Assembly (NCBI GenBank): GCA_043228905.1
Contig: JBHGNT010000013.1
Location: 5,704,001-5,768,000 of the forward strand
Direction: 5' to 3'
Origin: Azolla caroliniana
Taxonomy: Eukaryota; Plantae; Polypodiophyta
DNA: 64,000 bases
In this document: in pieces, positions 1 to 13,700 of the stretch
Layout: every line of letters starts with the position of its first letter
How positions within the stretch are numbered: position 1 is the first letter of the stretch
Made by a program: the position numbers and the translations under genes
Notes under the pieces: generated by a model
What the model saw: the letters and a program-made list of their open reading frames with translations, nothing else
Told to the model about the DNA's origin: nothing
Database searches by the model: none

Positions 1-2641
1 GCATGAACTGGCAAACATTGTTTGCTTGTCGTAATCTTATTTTGTGTAGACACCCGGATTTTTGTTTTACCTTTTCGGAATGTCGGTAAATTCTGATTCC
101 AATTCTGCTTAATATTAGCCATTTTTAGCTATGGTCGGCCTAATAATAAAGGATATGCTCCATGTGCCTCCAAATGAAGTACCATTGCCGATATTTGAAA
201 AGTATGTCCTCCTAAGACCACGTCTAACTGTCGGAGTTGACCGATCGGTCAGACTGTACCGGTATCCGCCATTTTGAGCCAAAATGGGCATGCTTCCCAT
301 TTGGTAATACCCAACCTATCACAGGTAGTTTGATTAATGACATTAACTCATGAACCACCATCGACAATAGCACCTTCTATTTCCTGACCATGAATTTATT
401 ACTTTAATGGATGGATTTTGCTCATCCATGATCAAAGGACTAGTAATTGGTTGACTATAGTGCACTGCTACCTGTTCCGATCCTTTTTGGGCAATCAATG
501 TTGCCACTTTTTTGGTAAACTGAGGAACTAACTTGAGTAATCCGGTCAAAGGTAATGATACCTAGCAATCTGCCAAGATCTTCCAAGTTTCCTCTTGTTC
601 CGGTACTGCTACAGCTCCCGGTAATTCCGTAGTTTGGTTAATTTCATTATCTTGGAGCATTCGGGATACATTATTTTGATTTGCTTCTTCTACCCATTCC
701 TTAGCTGCTTTTCGGACAACTTCCTGAATTTCCCACTCAGATTGTTTACTTTTGCTTCTAGTGGTTACTTGCTGTATTTCTAGCATAACCTCATTAATAA
801 CCGATGCTTTTCCTTTTCCTTTAGAGGGACACTGATTTGCATAATGACCATTTTGTCGGCAAATATAGCAAATAGGAACAAATGTTCCACTTCCTTCACC
901 ATGCACAAATTGATGATTTCCATTCCCTTCGCTTTGCATAAACTGTTGACCTCCATTCCCATTAGAATCTGGAGGTTGTTGAAATTTCCGTAAGGCTTTA
1001 TGCTTAGAGAAATTTTTATTTTTATAACAGTTTTGCTTAAACCGTCCTCCATTCTGTTGTTGCTAATTATTATTCTGTGCCGCCGAGAAATCTTGATTTT
1101 GTTGAAAATTCTCCTAGTATCCATTATTGAACATATTTTGTTGTTCTGATACCCATTTTCCGGAAAGATTTGTCGTACCGGCGCTGTTGTTTTATTGAGT
1201 AAATTATATTCACATTGCTCAACCGAATGTAGTTTAGAATGACATATTGTGCAATGTGTCCATAAACTACATTCGATTGCCGAATGCCCAGTATTCAAGC
1301 AAGTAGTACATTGTACTCCTTGTCTGAATTGTAACTCCTCTAGAGTTGGCAATGTACGATGTAATGCTGACATATCCATACTCCTTACATTTATTGGAGT
1401 CTGACCCATAGTTATTGCCTTATAAATCACTTGCTCTATCATCTGATTCCGGAAATCTAACACTTTCAATGTTGTTCGTAATGGTTCACGAATTGCTTCA
1501 AGGAATACATCCCTCAATTCGTTATCTGGAATAGGCCTGGAGATTTGGAGTTGTAAATTTCGAAAATGGATGACAAATTGAGACACCGTTTCATGTGACT
1601 CCTGATATAACGCATAAAATTGCGCTATTAGATCCTTCTGAGGAATCTGAAGATGAAATAATTGCAGAAATTTGCTGGTCAATTGTTCGAATATTTCAAA
1701 CACATGGAGACCATTTTGCGCAAACCAATTAGCGGACTGACCATCCAATGACAAAACAAACTCAGCAATCTTAGACTTATCTTCGGCTGCTGCCGACAGT
1801 CTCTAAGCTTCATGGTTAATCTCCCATGTTGTCAAGAAGTCCCTGGCATGCGCTTCTGCATCAGCTCCTTCACAGAACTTAGAATACAGATAAGGCATAT
1901 TTTCTTCACTCCAGATATCGTAAAATGATACCTCTTCCACCTGATTTTCGTCTGAAGACTGGCTATCAGTTAAATCGGGAATTGCAGACCACCTTCTACT
2001 TATTTCCGGCTATAACACTACAATTGTCTCTTTTTCTAGTGTCTTCATAACAGAACGCGTACGAGGATGTTTACAACCAACTGGTGTATCCGGACCAAAC
2101 GACAGCCATTCGACTTGTTCTTTGCTAATTGCAGATGTAACCGGGCGTGCTAAATTATAGTGTGTTGTCCGGTCGACAATCACTATATTGCCGACGCAAT
2201 ATAAGTCGAACGTTGCTTACCGAACGTTCTATCAATTAGTTGTGGTTAGATGAATAGATACTAAGTAGTTGTAAACTTATCGGTGGCAAACAGACATCGA
2301 GATTGTTATCTATGTAATACAGTTCTGACAGAAAGGAAAGAGATAGCCAAGACACTTCATACACAGAGATATCCTAAACTAAACTTTATATTACTAAATA
2401 AACGATAGATTTTTACAATGCCTTTGGTTCCTTTTATAGGTAAGCCGAAGGTCTTTCTCATCAAGAAACCTACTGCCATAATTGGCAAGAATTACAAAAT
2501 TTATAACTAACTATACTTTCTGTTTTAATTTTAATTCAGCATTTGCTGACTCATTGATCCGCTATACCGATCCGACTCCAATTCCGACTCCGATCCTTCT
2601 TTATTTCTGACTCCGACGCTTCCCCACCTGTCTGGGTAACA
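1..2641 (-). mobile_element. Non-chromovirus Ty3/gypsy retrotransposon, 5' part (LTR, PBS, gag, protease); continues beyond window start
   Basis: LTR 2163-2641 (minus TGTTACCC...GGACAACA, TATA at ~2432-2438). PBS-like TAGCACGCCCGGT at 2140-2152. Gag with CCHC knuckles; protease-like IVDGGS near 345-370. Confidence 0.85.
562..1898 (-). pseudogene. gag: Gypsy gag with three zinc knuckles, frameshifted
   Basis: ORFs 780-1754 and 562-939 contain CTTCLNTGHSAIEC, CTICHSKLHSVEQC and CYICRQNGHYANQC. Probable ATG at 1898 followed by a stop/frameshift. Confidence 0.85.
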
Positions 2642-5632
2642 TTCACTGATGAAGGTGAAGTGGAGTGCTATGAAGAACCCATGGCCGAAGAGCACAAAGA
2701 GAAATGGCTAACCGCGATGCAAGATGAGATGGAATCCTTGCATGAGAACTACATCTACAACCTAGTAGAGCTACAGAGAGGTAAGAGAGCACTCAGAAAT
2801 AAGTGGATCTACAAGGTGAAGATTGGAGAAGTCGACAATGAGCCCAGGTTCAAAGCCCGGATAGTGGTGAAGGGTTTCCAATAGAAGAAGGGCGTCGACT
2901 TTGATGAAATATTCGCACTAGTCATGAAGATGACATCCATTCGAACTGTTCTAAGCATAGCGGCCAGTATAGACCTGGAGATCGAACAGTTGGATGTTAA
3001 AAACCGCATTTTTGCATGGGGAGCTAGAAGAAGAAATCTATATACAGCAACCCGAAGGATTTAAGGGGAAAGGGAAAGAGAAGCTGGTGTGTCGACTGAG
3101 GAAAAGCTTGTACAGACTTAAACAAGCTCCACGCCAATAGTACAAGAAGTTTGAGTCCTTCATGATGGAACACCGGCTCTAGGAAACACAGACCAATGAC
3201 TATGTGTTCATCAAATGGTACGAAGAAGGAGACTTCTTGATTCTCTTGTTATATGTCGATGACATGTTAATAGTCAGTCAAGATACAAGGAAGATTGAAA
3301 GCTTAAAGAAAGCTCTCTGCAAAACATTTGCCATGAAAGACCTAGGACTGGCGAAACATATCTTGGGAATGCACATAGTTCGAAACAGAACTCAAAAGGT
3401 GCTATGGTTGTCACAACAGAATTATGTGACGAAGATCCTAGAGAGATTTAACATGTCGAATGCAAAGCCGGTCGGCTCAATGTTGCCGACAAATTGCCGG
3501 TTAAATGCGAAGCAGTGCCCAAGAGGAGTGAAGGAGAAGGCCGAGATGAGGAATGTACCATATGCCTCGACCATCGGCAATTTAATGTATGCTATGGTCT
3601 GTAGGAGACCAGACATAGCATTTGTTGTAGGGGCAGTAAGCCGATAAATGAGTAATCTTGGGAACAAGGTTGTTACGTACGTTAGGTGCGGTACAGATAC
3701 CATACGTATTTAACATATTAATACCTGTATAGTACCTCCCAATTTAAAAATACGTTCAATACGCTTTCTATATATGTTAAATACTTATAAAATACGTATT
3801 TTACGTATTTTACGTATAGTACGTTAAATACTTCTAGAATTTGAAAATTATTTACCTTTCTTAAAAATATCTATAATATTATAAAAAACATCTATGTTTA
3901 CACAATTTTGTGATGTACAATATAGTTCTACATCCTAAAATGCATATAAGACATTTGAACATTTCACATCCTAAAATACTTGTAGTAATATGGATGTCGA
4001 CATTCCCTTATTCTATAAATCAATGTGTGTATCACGATGTTCTACTTCAAATTGTAATTATTTACAATTATGCCTTCATAGATTGAGGAATCGTCTACGA
4101 TTATCACACTCATGATAGGTTTCTCTTTTCTTCGTTTTCTTCTTCTTCTTCTTCTATCTTCTGCGATTATCACACTCAAGATAGGTTGATGTCTTCTTTT
4201 CTCTCTTCATCATCTTCTTCATCGTCGTCTCTTCTATTCTTCTTTCTTCCTTCCTTTAGCTTCTTTTTCACTAAAATCTTTTTTTTCTTTTGCTTTTTGT
4301 TAGGGTTTTACTTACATTTTCTTTATAAATACGTATTATATACCAGTTTTTTTATAAATACGTTAAATACTGTATTGGACAAATGTACATGATATTTGAG
4401 TGAACAACATTGAGGTATAGTACATACTATACAAATGATGAGGTACTATACGTATTTAAACGTTAAATACAGGTACGTAAACAACCATGCTTGGGAGAGA
4501 ACATTAGGCAGTGGTAAAGTGGATACTCAAGTACTTGAAAGGCACCTCGGAGGTGTGCCTAAGATATGGTGTCGAAAAACCTATGTCGGAAGGTTTTACC
4601 GATTCGGACATGTCGGGAGATGTCGACTCGAGCCGATCCACATCAGGATACGTGATGACCTATGTAGGGGGAGCAATGTTGTGGCAGTCACGACTGTAGA
4701 AGTTTGTAGCCTTGTCGACTACAAAGGCAGAGTACATGGCAGCGATAGAGGCCGGCAAAGAGCTAACCTGGATGAGAAATTTTCTCATCGAATTAGGAAT
4801 GGCGCAAAAGGATTTTCTGCTTCATTGTGACAACCCACAATGCTGCATACCACTCAGGGACCTAGCACATACAGAGAAGGTATCACTGGTTGAGAGAGAG
4901 AGTCGAAGAAGGAGAGTTTTCTCTGGTGAAGATCCATACTAACGACAATGGATCCGACATGTTGACGAAGAACCTATCTATGGACAGACTTAGAGTCTGT
5001 CGATAGAAGATAGGACTAACTCACTCCCTCCCACAAGAATGAAGTAGAAGTTTGTTGGGAATATGTCCCTCCAGTTGGTGGAGGATCCGATTGTCCAAAA
5101 GTTGCTGACAGTCGACGACTAAGGGAAGAACCGACTGTTCGGAAAGAGCCGGCAGTCGAAGAGTTGAAAACAGTGAGTTGACTGTTTAATAGTTCGACTC
5201 TTATTATTATAGCAATAATGATAATGATATGTAGCATAGGCTACATTTGTAAATAGCCCACACAATGTATAAGTATAAATACACTTAGGGCAAAACGTTG
5301 TTGGTGTACATGAGAGGAACTGTGTAGAGAGATAGTGAGTGTGAAGCAATGCGTGAGCGGGAGATAGACACACAGAGAGAGCGGGGCCATAGATGTGTGC
5401 GTAATTGCAGATGCTAAGCGCCCTGTGTGGCTGATTCACTCGAAGGAGTGTTGTAACATTCTGTGTTGTATATCCACTATACATAGTGAAGTTTAGTTAC
5501 CGTGGTTTTCTCCCATTTTTTAGGGTTTCCACGTTAAATCTCTATGCACCATTGTTGTCCTGTTTTCTGGCATATCTGTGATTCGTATTTCAGCACCACT
5601 TGCTTATTGTGATTTGACCGAACGATTTCTCA
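2642..5632 (+). mobile_element. Tnt1/Tork-like Ty1/copia fragment: RT, RNase H and 3' LTR
   Basis: KARIVVKGFQ, LLLYVDDMLI, RPDIAF, FTDSDMSGD..STSGY motifs with stops. LTR starts TGTTGGGAATATG at 5053 and resembles the LTR at 43002. LTR end approximate. Confidence 0.85.
3665..4489. mobile_element. Non-autonomous hAT-type DNA transposon / MITE (825 bp)
   Basis: TIRs CAAGGTTGTTACGTAC / GTACGTAAACAACCATG. 8-bp TSD CTTGGGAA (3657-3664) vs CTTGGGAG (4490-4497). TACGT-rich subterminal repeats. Removing it restores the copia RT frame SNLGREH. Confidence 0.85.
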
Positions 5633-5697
5633 ATATAGCTACCATAGCTTATTTCTCAATAAGCATCACATACATTTGTTGAGCTTGTTTCTCAACA

Positions 5698-8327
5698 ATA
5701 TGTGATAAACCGATCACCCTCAATACCCTTGGATGGTGATATTCCACAAAGGGTATGGAGTGGCAAAGACATGTCGTATAGACATTTGAGGGTGTTTAGT
5801 TGTCTTGCCTTTGTGCATGTGGCAAAGGACCAGAGGGGGAAGCTGGACCTGAAATCTCGACCTTGTATACTTCTTGGCCATAGCAATGATGAATTTGGCT
5901 ACCGGTTATGGGACTTAGCCAAGAAGAAGGTGATCAGAAGCACAAACATTTTATTCATGGAGGAGAAGACGATTGTCTATTGGGAGACTGAGAATAAGTC
6001 TCCAACTACCGAATCGACTTGAGTCAACGCTTGGCCGAATCGAGTAGAAGTTGACTCGATCGAAATCGAGTCCGAACCAGTCGGCCGAATGTACACTCGG
6101 CAAAATTGAGAACCGACTGGGGAACAAGGGGAACTGTCCGAATGAGGAACTGAAATCGACTCGGCTGAAGAAGACGAAGAAGAACTGATTGTATTGAATG
6201 GAGGCCGAAGATACCCCCTTAGAGAAAGAAAAACCCCCTGAAGATTTCTGGATGAAGAGCATGTACTACTAACCCCGATGAAGGGGAGCTAGAAAGCTTC
6301 GAAGAAGCTAAGGAAGATACCCATAGCCAAGAGTGGTTACGTGCCATGCAAGAGGAGATGGAAACCCTACATGAGAACCACACATACAAATTGACCGAGT
6401 TACCAAAGGGGAAGAAGGCACTCCAGAACAAGTGGGTATACAGACTGAAACCGAGAGATGGCGGAAATCCACCTAGGTGTAAAGCACTAATTGTCGTGAA
6501 AGGGTTCCAAGAGAAGAAGGGTGTGGATTTCGATGAAATATTTGCCCCAGTCGTGAAGATGATGTCAATCCGAACAATGTTGAGCATACTGCCTAATATG
6601 GACCTCGAAGTCTAGCAATTAGACGTCAAGACTGCTTTCCTTCATGGAGATTTGGAGGAAGAGATATATATGTACCAGCCAGAAACCTGGTATGCCGATT
6701 AAGAAAAAGCTTGTATGGGGTAAAGCAGGAACCTCAGCAATCGTAAAGGAAATTCAAATCCTTCATGAATGACAATGGGTATCACAAAACACAGGCCGAT
6801 CACTGTGTATTTATGAAAAAGTTTGAGGGAGGAGATTTCTCATCCTCCTGTTGTACGTGGATGACATGCTAATTGTCAGACAGGACCATATGAAGATCCA
6901 AGTGCTGAAGAAGGCCTTGATATGGGTCCGGCGAAGTAAATCTTGGGAATGCACATTGTTCGAGATCGAACGAAGAGACTGTTATGGCTTTCACAAGAGA
7001 AGTATGTGACAAAGGTGCTCTAGAGATTTGACATGGAAAATGCAAAATTGGTAGGGTCGACACTGCCGACAAACTGTAAGTTGACTAAAGATCAATGTCT
7101 GAAAACGAGAACTGATAAGGCTGAGATGGAAAAGGTTCCTTATGCCTCGACGGTTGGAAGCCTGATGTACCCAATGGTGTGTACTAGGCCGGACATTGGA
7201 TACGCCGTCAGAGTGGTCAGCAGATTTATGAGCAACCCTAGAAGAGAGCATTGGCCTGCTGTGAAGTGGATACTTCGGTACCTAAGAGGCACCTCGAGCG
7301 TATGTCTTCGTTTCAACTTAGGTAAACCCACATTGGAAGGTTACACGGATTCGGACATGTCCGTTGATTCAAATACCAGCCGATTCACGTCCAGATACGT
7401 AATGACTTATGTAGGGAGAGTTGTGTCATGGCAATCGAGGTTGCAAAAGGTTGTGACATTATCAACCACGGAAGCCCAGTCTATGGCCGCAGTGGAAGTT
7501 GGCAAGGAAATCGTATGGATGAAGGAGTTTATCAGTGAGCTGGGAACTCGACAAGAACAATTTTGACTCTATTGGGATAATCAGAGTGCCATCCACCTTG
7601 CGAAAAATGCCGCCTACCACTCGAGGAAAAAGCACATCCAATGGAGGTATCATTGGCTCTAGGAGAGAGTAGAAGAAAGAGAGTTCACTCTAGTAAAGGT
7701 TCACATGGCCGAAAATGTATCAGACATGTTGACTAAGGTGTTGTCAACCGAAAAGCTAAACGCGTGCCAACAGAGGGTCAGATTGGTGAAATACTCCGTG
7801 CCCGATTGAAGGGGGATGTTGTTAGGAAACAGGTCCCTTGGAATGGGAAGAGAAGATCTGTGTAGATGAGGAACTCGGCCGAGGTGGAAACCGATACTTA
7901 TAAATAGTCTAAATATGCGCTTATGGGCTATACTTGTAAATAACCCAAAAGGTGTACTAGTATATAAGTACTTAGGGCAATCATAATGAGATGGATGAGT
8001 CTTGTTTTGTAAGATAGAAGGACTAGGTTGTCACCTGTGTAACTGTGAGAGAAAGAGAGTGTGTGGGAGTGTGCGACTCCATAGCTGTCTGTTGACGAAG
8101 GAGACCTTGAGATCGCTGCCTATGAGTTTCTCATTGTACCCCTTTTCATCATAGTGTTCTATTTCGGACTCTATGGACTCCATGTGGTTTTTCCCAATTT
8201 AGGTTTCCACATTAAATTTTGTGTCTTCTCTGTTTCTGTTTTCTGTTTTGGTCTTTTGTTTGAGTGGTTATTATCTGCACACGAATATACGAACTACAAT
8301 CGGTTGTGACCGGTTGCGATTCTCTAC
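5698..8327 (+). mobile_element. Second Tnt1/Tork-like copia fragment: integrase 3' end, RT, RNase H, PPT and 3' LTR
   Basis: INRSPS..HLRVF, KALIVVKGFQ, RPDIGYAV motifs. PPT GAAGGGGGA at ~7808-7817. LTR ~7818-8327. Confidence 0.85.
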
Positions 8328-10505
8328 ACACTATTGCTAATAGCTCCTTGTCATGAGTTTCGTAGTTGATTTCAACAGCGTCAAACTTGCATGAGTGGAA
8401 TGTTACAGGATGTAGCTTTTCATCATCGCCTTACTGTGACAGAATGCTACCCAAGGCGAAATCCGACGCGTCTGCCTCCATGATGAACAGTTTCTTCGGA
8501 TCAACATGAGCTGGAATGGGAGCTGATGTAAATGCCTTCTTAAGACTCACAAAGGCCTTCTTTAGACCAAAAAATTTGTATAAACTTGCGGTAGAAATTG
8601 GCGAACCCTAAAAAGCATTACACGTCTTACAATGAACGTGGAGTTTGCCAGTCTACCCATGTTCTCGAATTCATTTTAGTACTAATAGTACATGAGAATC
8701 ATGCTTTTCTTGGGTCTTCTAATAAACTAGTAGATCATTCAAATAGATGATCAAACAAACATCCAAGAGATCTCGAAATATATCATTTCCCATGTGCTGG
8801 AAGATTGTTGGCGCATTAGTGAGACCGAGTGGCATGACTGTATACTCGAAGTGCCCATCTTTAGTGCGAAACACGGTCTTCCATTCATCTCCTGGTCGAA
8901 TCTATATGAGGTTATATGCTCCTTGTAAGTCGATCTTGTGAAAAACCTTGCACCATTGATTTGTTCTAAAAAACTTGAGATAAGGGGAAGTGCATACCTA
9001 TTCTTGATGGTGACCTTATTCAAGCCACAATAATCTACGACGAGATGAAGTGATCCATCCTTTTCTCGACAAAGAAAATGGGTGTGCCAGCTGGAGATTT
9101 CGAATGATGAATGAAACCATTTGCGAAATTCTCTTCTATATAGGCTCGAAGGACTTCTAGCTCGGTTGGTGACAAGTTGTAGATCGGTCCCCATGGTGGC
9201 TCTTTTCCCCGTTGTAAATCAATGGGGCAATCATATGGTCAGTGGTGAGGAAGGGTATTGGCTTGTACCTTATCGAACACATCGGCATAATGACGATACT
9301 TCTCTAGAATTTGAACTGTGGATTCCTCTTTCATGGTGTTGGAAGCTATTACTAATACTGCGAAGACAAACATTGCTTCCTTGCGTCCTTCCTCAAGCAA
9401 TTGATGTAGCAAAATGGTTGCAATCCTATCAGTAGATCCTCGGGTTTGTTGATATCGGATTTCTCTTGTTCTCCAATCTATGTGTGGGTTATGTAATTTG
9501 AATCATGGTAACCTCATGAAAACTCGATGACCTGGACTACTAATTATATTAAATGATACTACACACACCAAGTTATCTAGGCATCCTGAATCGGCCCTAA
9601 CTCTCTACGATTATCGCATTGTACCGCACGGCTGGTTGCTTTTGTCAATGACTTTGGTTCTTCAGGGAAGGTCAAGAGTAAATCCTTGACATCGTTACAT
9701 AGGCCATCACAAAATTGATCCATTAATGCTTGGTCATCACAGGGGATATCAAAGGCAAGTAGACGGAAATCTGTAGCGTATGTAGAAGCTGGACGATCAC
9801 TTTGACGTAATCGTCGGATTTTATTGATTGTCGCCCTTATGCTATTAGTATCTCCAAAACAGGCTTAAAACTCACTTATAAACTCTTCAAAATTGTTTGG
9901 TAATGGAGATTCCTTTCCTAACAATGGAGCAAACCATGCCAAAGTTGAGAAACTTAACAACGTGCCTACGTCGGATATCAGGAAGGATGGAGTTGAATGA
10001 CTAATTGTACCTGATTAAGGAATCCTCTAAACTGTGATCACGTTCCATCAAATTTCATTGGAAGCCTGATGTTGGGTTCTTTATGAATCCCTTGCGTACT
10101 TGGTCCTTGTTATGGAAACGCTACAATGGTTGCTTCAAGTTGTTGCACGGGTAACGCTAGTTCCCCATGTTGTTATTGTGTCTGTTGCTTTTCTAAGGAA
10201 ATTTCTTGAAGATCACCCAACAACCATTGATTTTTTTGTTCCAATGTGAGAAACTTCTCTTTCAAGCATTGCAACTTTGAGAAAATGGATTGAATTCTTG
10301 AGCGCTAACAGTGGCCATAGTATTAGTGAAAGGATGAATAAGAGAATTAGTATGAAGAAGGGGAGGAGTACGAAGATAGAACGAAGGAAAATCGGTTCAA
10401 ACTATCAGGAACAATACTAAGACAGAGAGAGAATTAGTACTAAAAGATGAGGATTAGTACTAAGAGATGAGCGGAAAATGAAATCATGTAGACATCCACC
10501 ACAGA
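8328..10505 (-). mobile_element. Deleted Tcn1/sushi-like chromovirus fragment (partial LTR, gag, RT, RNase H), same family as 54497-59983
   Basis: Minus-strand [19 protein letters not shown] and [14 protein letters not shown]. Gag start at ~10318 and LTR remnant from ~10403 align by eye with 59458 and 59529. Confidence 0.85.
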
Positions 10506-10509
10506 AGAC

Positions 10510-10737
10510 TATACTTGTAAATAGTCTAAATATGCCCTTATGGGCTACACTTGTAAATAACCCAAAAGGTGTACTAGTATATAAGTACTTAGGGCAATCA
10601 TAATGAAATGCGCGAGTCTTGTTCTGTAAGATAGAGGCAATAGGTTGTCGCATGTGTAACTGTGAGAGAAAGAGAATGTGTGAGAGTACACAAATATACG
10701 AACTACAACTGGTTGTGGCCGGTTGTGATTCTCTATA
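10510..10737 (+). repeat. Internally deleted copy of the copia LTR segment 7893-8327
   Basis: Shares ATACTTRTAAATAGTCTAAATATG...TTATGGGCTA and AATATACGAACTACAA..GGTTGTG; lacks about 200 bp of the middle. Confidence 0.8.
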
Positions 10738-13700
10738 AATTGTAACATGCGGATACATTGCCCCATTTTCCATTCACGAGCACATACGGTGGATCAGTGT
10801 GAATATAATATGCTGAATAGACCCACCCGAACAGTTCGCCATATGGAAATGCAGAGATTGTATCACCGCAACAACCAAGGCCGACAAGACGAGCATTACC
10901 GTAATACGGAATGTCACCATAGGGCAGAAAAACATTATCGTAACCGATGTAACAACGGCACATATTCCAAAGAAGAAGAGTAGGATGAGGAAGAGTACCG
11001 GAATAACGACTGTTACAATCGAGGGGGGCGTCGCTATGACAATCAACGCTCTACCAACAATCACGGAGAACCAGTCGGGCCCCGATAGAACGGCAGTAAT
11101 CGCCAGGCACGGGACCAACGCCATTATGAGGAGAGTTCAGAGGATGAATGGCACCAAGAACCTCGCCTGGAATATCGCTAAAAACCCTGTAATCATAGAA
11201 GATTTTAGCAAACACGGAAGAGCAACCCTCACTAGTGGAGAACATCACATCGCTAGTAGTAGAGAAAGGCGAATCCAACGTACATTGCTTCGTGTGCCAA
11301 CAGCCAGGCCACTACGCGACGCAATGTTCACAGTGCAATAAAGGCAAGGACCCAACCATGAATACCATCACGGCGGATATCCAACAAGTCAAAACACGCA
11401 GTCAGGCGAAAAACGCAGAATGGGTAGAACAAGAGGACATACACAAGACGGCCTAAGCCTGGGTGGAGAAAGCAAATGCGGCCAACGTGGAGAGAATGAG
11501 GCAAGAAGCGGCGAGTGTCACCACGCAGAGTAATTATATGACACTACCACCAAACCTGATATGCCAAGCACTAGCAGACTACCAAATCACAGTAACCATG
11601 GATAAGTTCTTATGCTTGGTTCCATGATTCTGACAAGTGGTGGAGAATCGTATACGGTGCACCGCTGGACTAGAAATCTCGGCCAGTTTCGCAAAATCCA
11701 ATACTGGCCCAACAGTGGTAGATCACCATCATCCAACCATCAAGGTGGTTTTGCAGCAACAAGAAATACCAAGATGCATCGTTGACGGCAGTTCTGGGGT
11801 AAATGTCATCCGCAAAACAACATTTACTCGATTGGGCATAAGAAACTGGGAAACATGCCCATTCTAGCTCTGTATAGCATACACCCGCTCCATCAAACCC
11901 CTAGGATTATTTCGAAAACTAGGGATTTTAGTCGGGGGCCATCACTTTGAGATTTTTGTGGTCGTGCTCGCACTAGACGCCCTAGGGGCATACCCTATTC
12001 TATTAGGCCGACCATGGCTACGTTATGCTAATATTAAGAAAACTGGAAGCATAATTGCATCAGCTTCCGACGCGGCCGAAGCAAGGTCCGCGTACCAACA
12101 CAAGAAACATCCACACCAACCAAAGTTGTAACGCCACTATATGCGGAGGAGATTAATATGCTAGAAGGATTGGACGATACAGAGCTGGAAGCGTACCTCG
12201 ACGAAAACCCGTGAATAATACCATTATTCAAAATTGACGTTCTTGAGGCCGCTACTGAGTACGCCCCAACAAGTACGCTCCAAGAGGAGTACGAACCTAA
12301 TCCTGGGTCTATGCTGGAGCTAAGTAGAGCACGAGAAGCGTTCGAGAAAGAAATGGAAATCTCTCAAAGAGTTATGCGGCAGCATTGGAGGAGATTAACG
12401 TCGGAACTACGGAGGTCCCATGACAACTGTCAATCGCTAAGGACTTGATGCCAACAGAAAAAACGGCCATGATGGAGTTGCTCTGAGATTTTAAGGATGT
12501 TTTCGTGTGGTCACATGAGGACATGAAAGTCCTGGAACCGAAATTTTATCAACGCAAGATTAACTTGGCCACAGATGCGAAACCCATGCAACGGCGACGA
12601 TATCGCATGGACCCAAATTACACGGCCCACGTAAAGGTAGAAATTGACAAGATCTTGAAAGTATGGTTCATCCGACCAATGAAATAGGCCACATGGCTAA
12701 GTTCGATAGTCGTGGTACCGAAGAAAAACGGGAAAATACGCGTATGTGTAGATTATCTTAAACTAAACGTCGTTACGATCATAGATGTGTTTCCCTTTCC
12801 ATTTACAAATAGTGTACTAGATGTGGTCGTGGACCATGACATGTATAGTTTCTTGGATGGATTTAACGAATACAATCAAGTACGCATGCACTTGGATGAC
12901 CAAGAGAAGATTGCATTCATCATGGACTAGGGCATGTTCGTCACTGTAGTAATGATGTTCGATCTGAAGATGGCACCTGCCACCTTCCACCAGACGATTA
13001 CAGAGATTTTCAGTGAATATATACCTGCTTTTATGAAAGTTTTTCTCGACGACTTCACAACTTAGCCTTAATCCAGCCAAATGTGCATTTGGTGTAACCA
13101 ACAGAGCACTTCTTGGTCACATAGTGAGTAAAGAGGGGATTGCGGTAGATCCTAACAAAATTAAGGCTATCATTGAAGCAAAAATCCCCACTAATGCAAA
13201 AAGCGTTAGCCTCTTTCTAGGGCAAATACACCGGCACAGACGTATGGTATGATACTTGGCGGATTTCGCGATTCCCCTGCACGCCGTAGTACATCATACT
13301 CCTTTCAAGTGGATGGCAATAGAAGACAAGGCGTACGAGGCACTCAAGATAATGCTAACCCAAGCGCCCGTCGTATAGCCCCCAGATTGGACTAGAACTT
13401 TCCACGTATTTGTGGATGCCTCGGATATAGCAATAGGTAGCACACTCATGGAGCTTAGTGAGCCTAATCGGTATCCACTGATCTACTACTCCAGTCATAA
13501 GTTATCAGATGCAAAGCGGAATTATTCAACGACCGAGTGTGAAGCTCTGGGAAGGATCTACAACATTAACAAATTCCGGCATTACTTACTCGGGCAGAAA
13601 TTCACGTTATATGTAGATCACACGACGTTAGTCTACTTAGTCGAGAAACAAGCGTTGACAGGGAAATTGGCCAGATGGATGTTGCTACTCCAAGAATTCG

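Noticed and set aside
5515-5535. TTTAGGGTTT motifs here, at ~17925 and at ~43438 as interstitial telomeres
   Set aside because: Single telo-box-like units at the same U5 position of related copia LTRs; a family feature, not a junction.
5678-5697. GTTGAGCTTGTTTCTCAACA as the end of the 5053 LTR
   Set aside because: It matches the reverse complement of the Bryco-like LTR start, so it is a tiny remnant of another element; too short to annotate.
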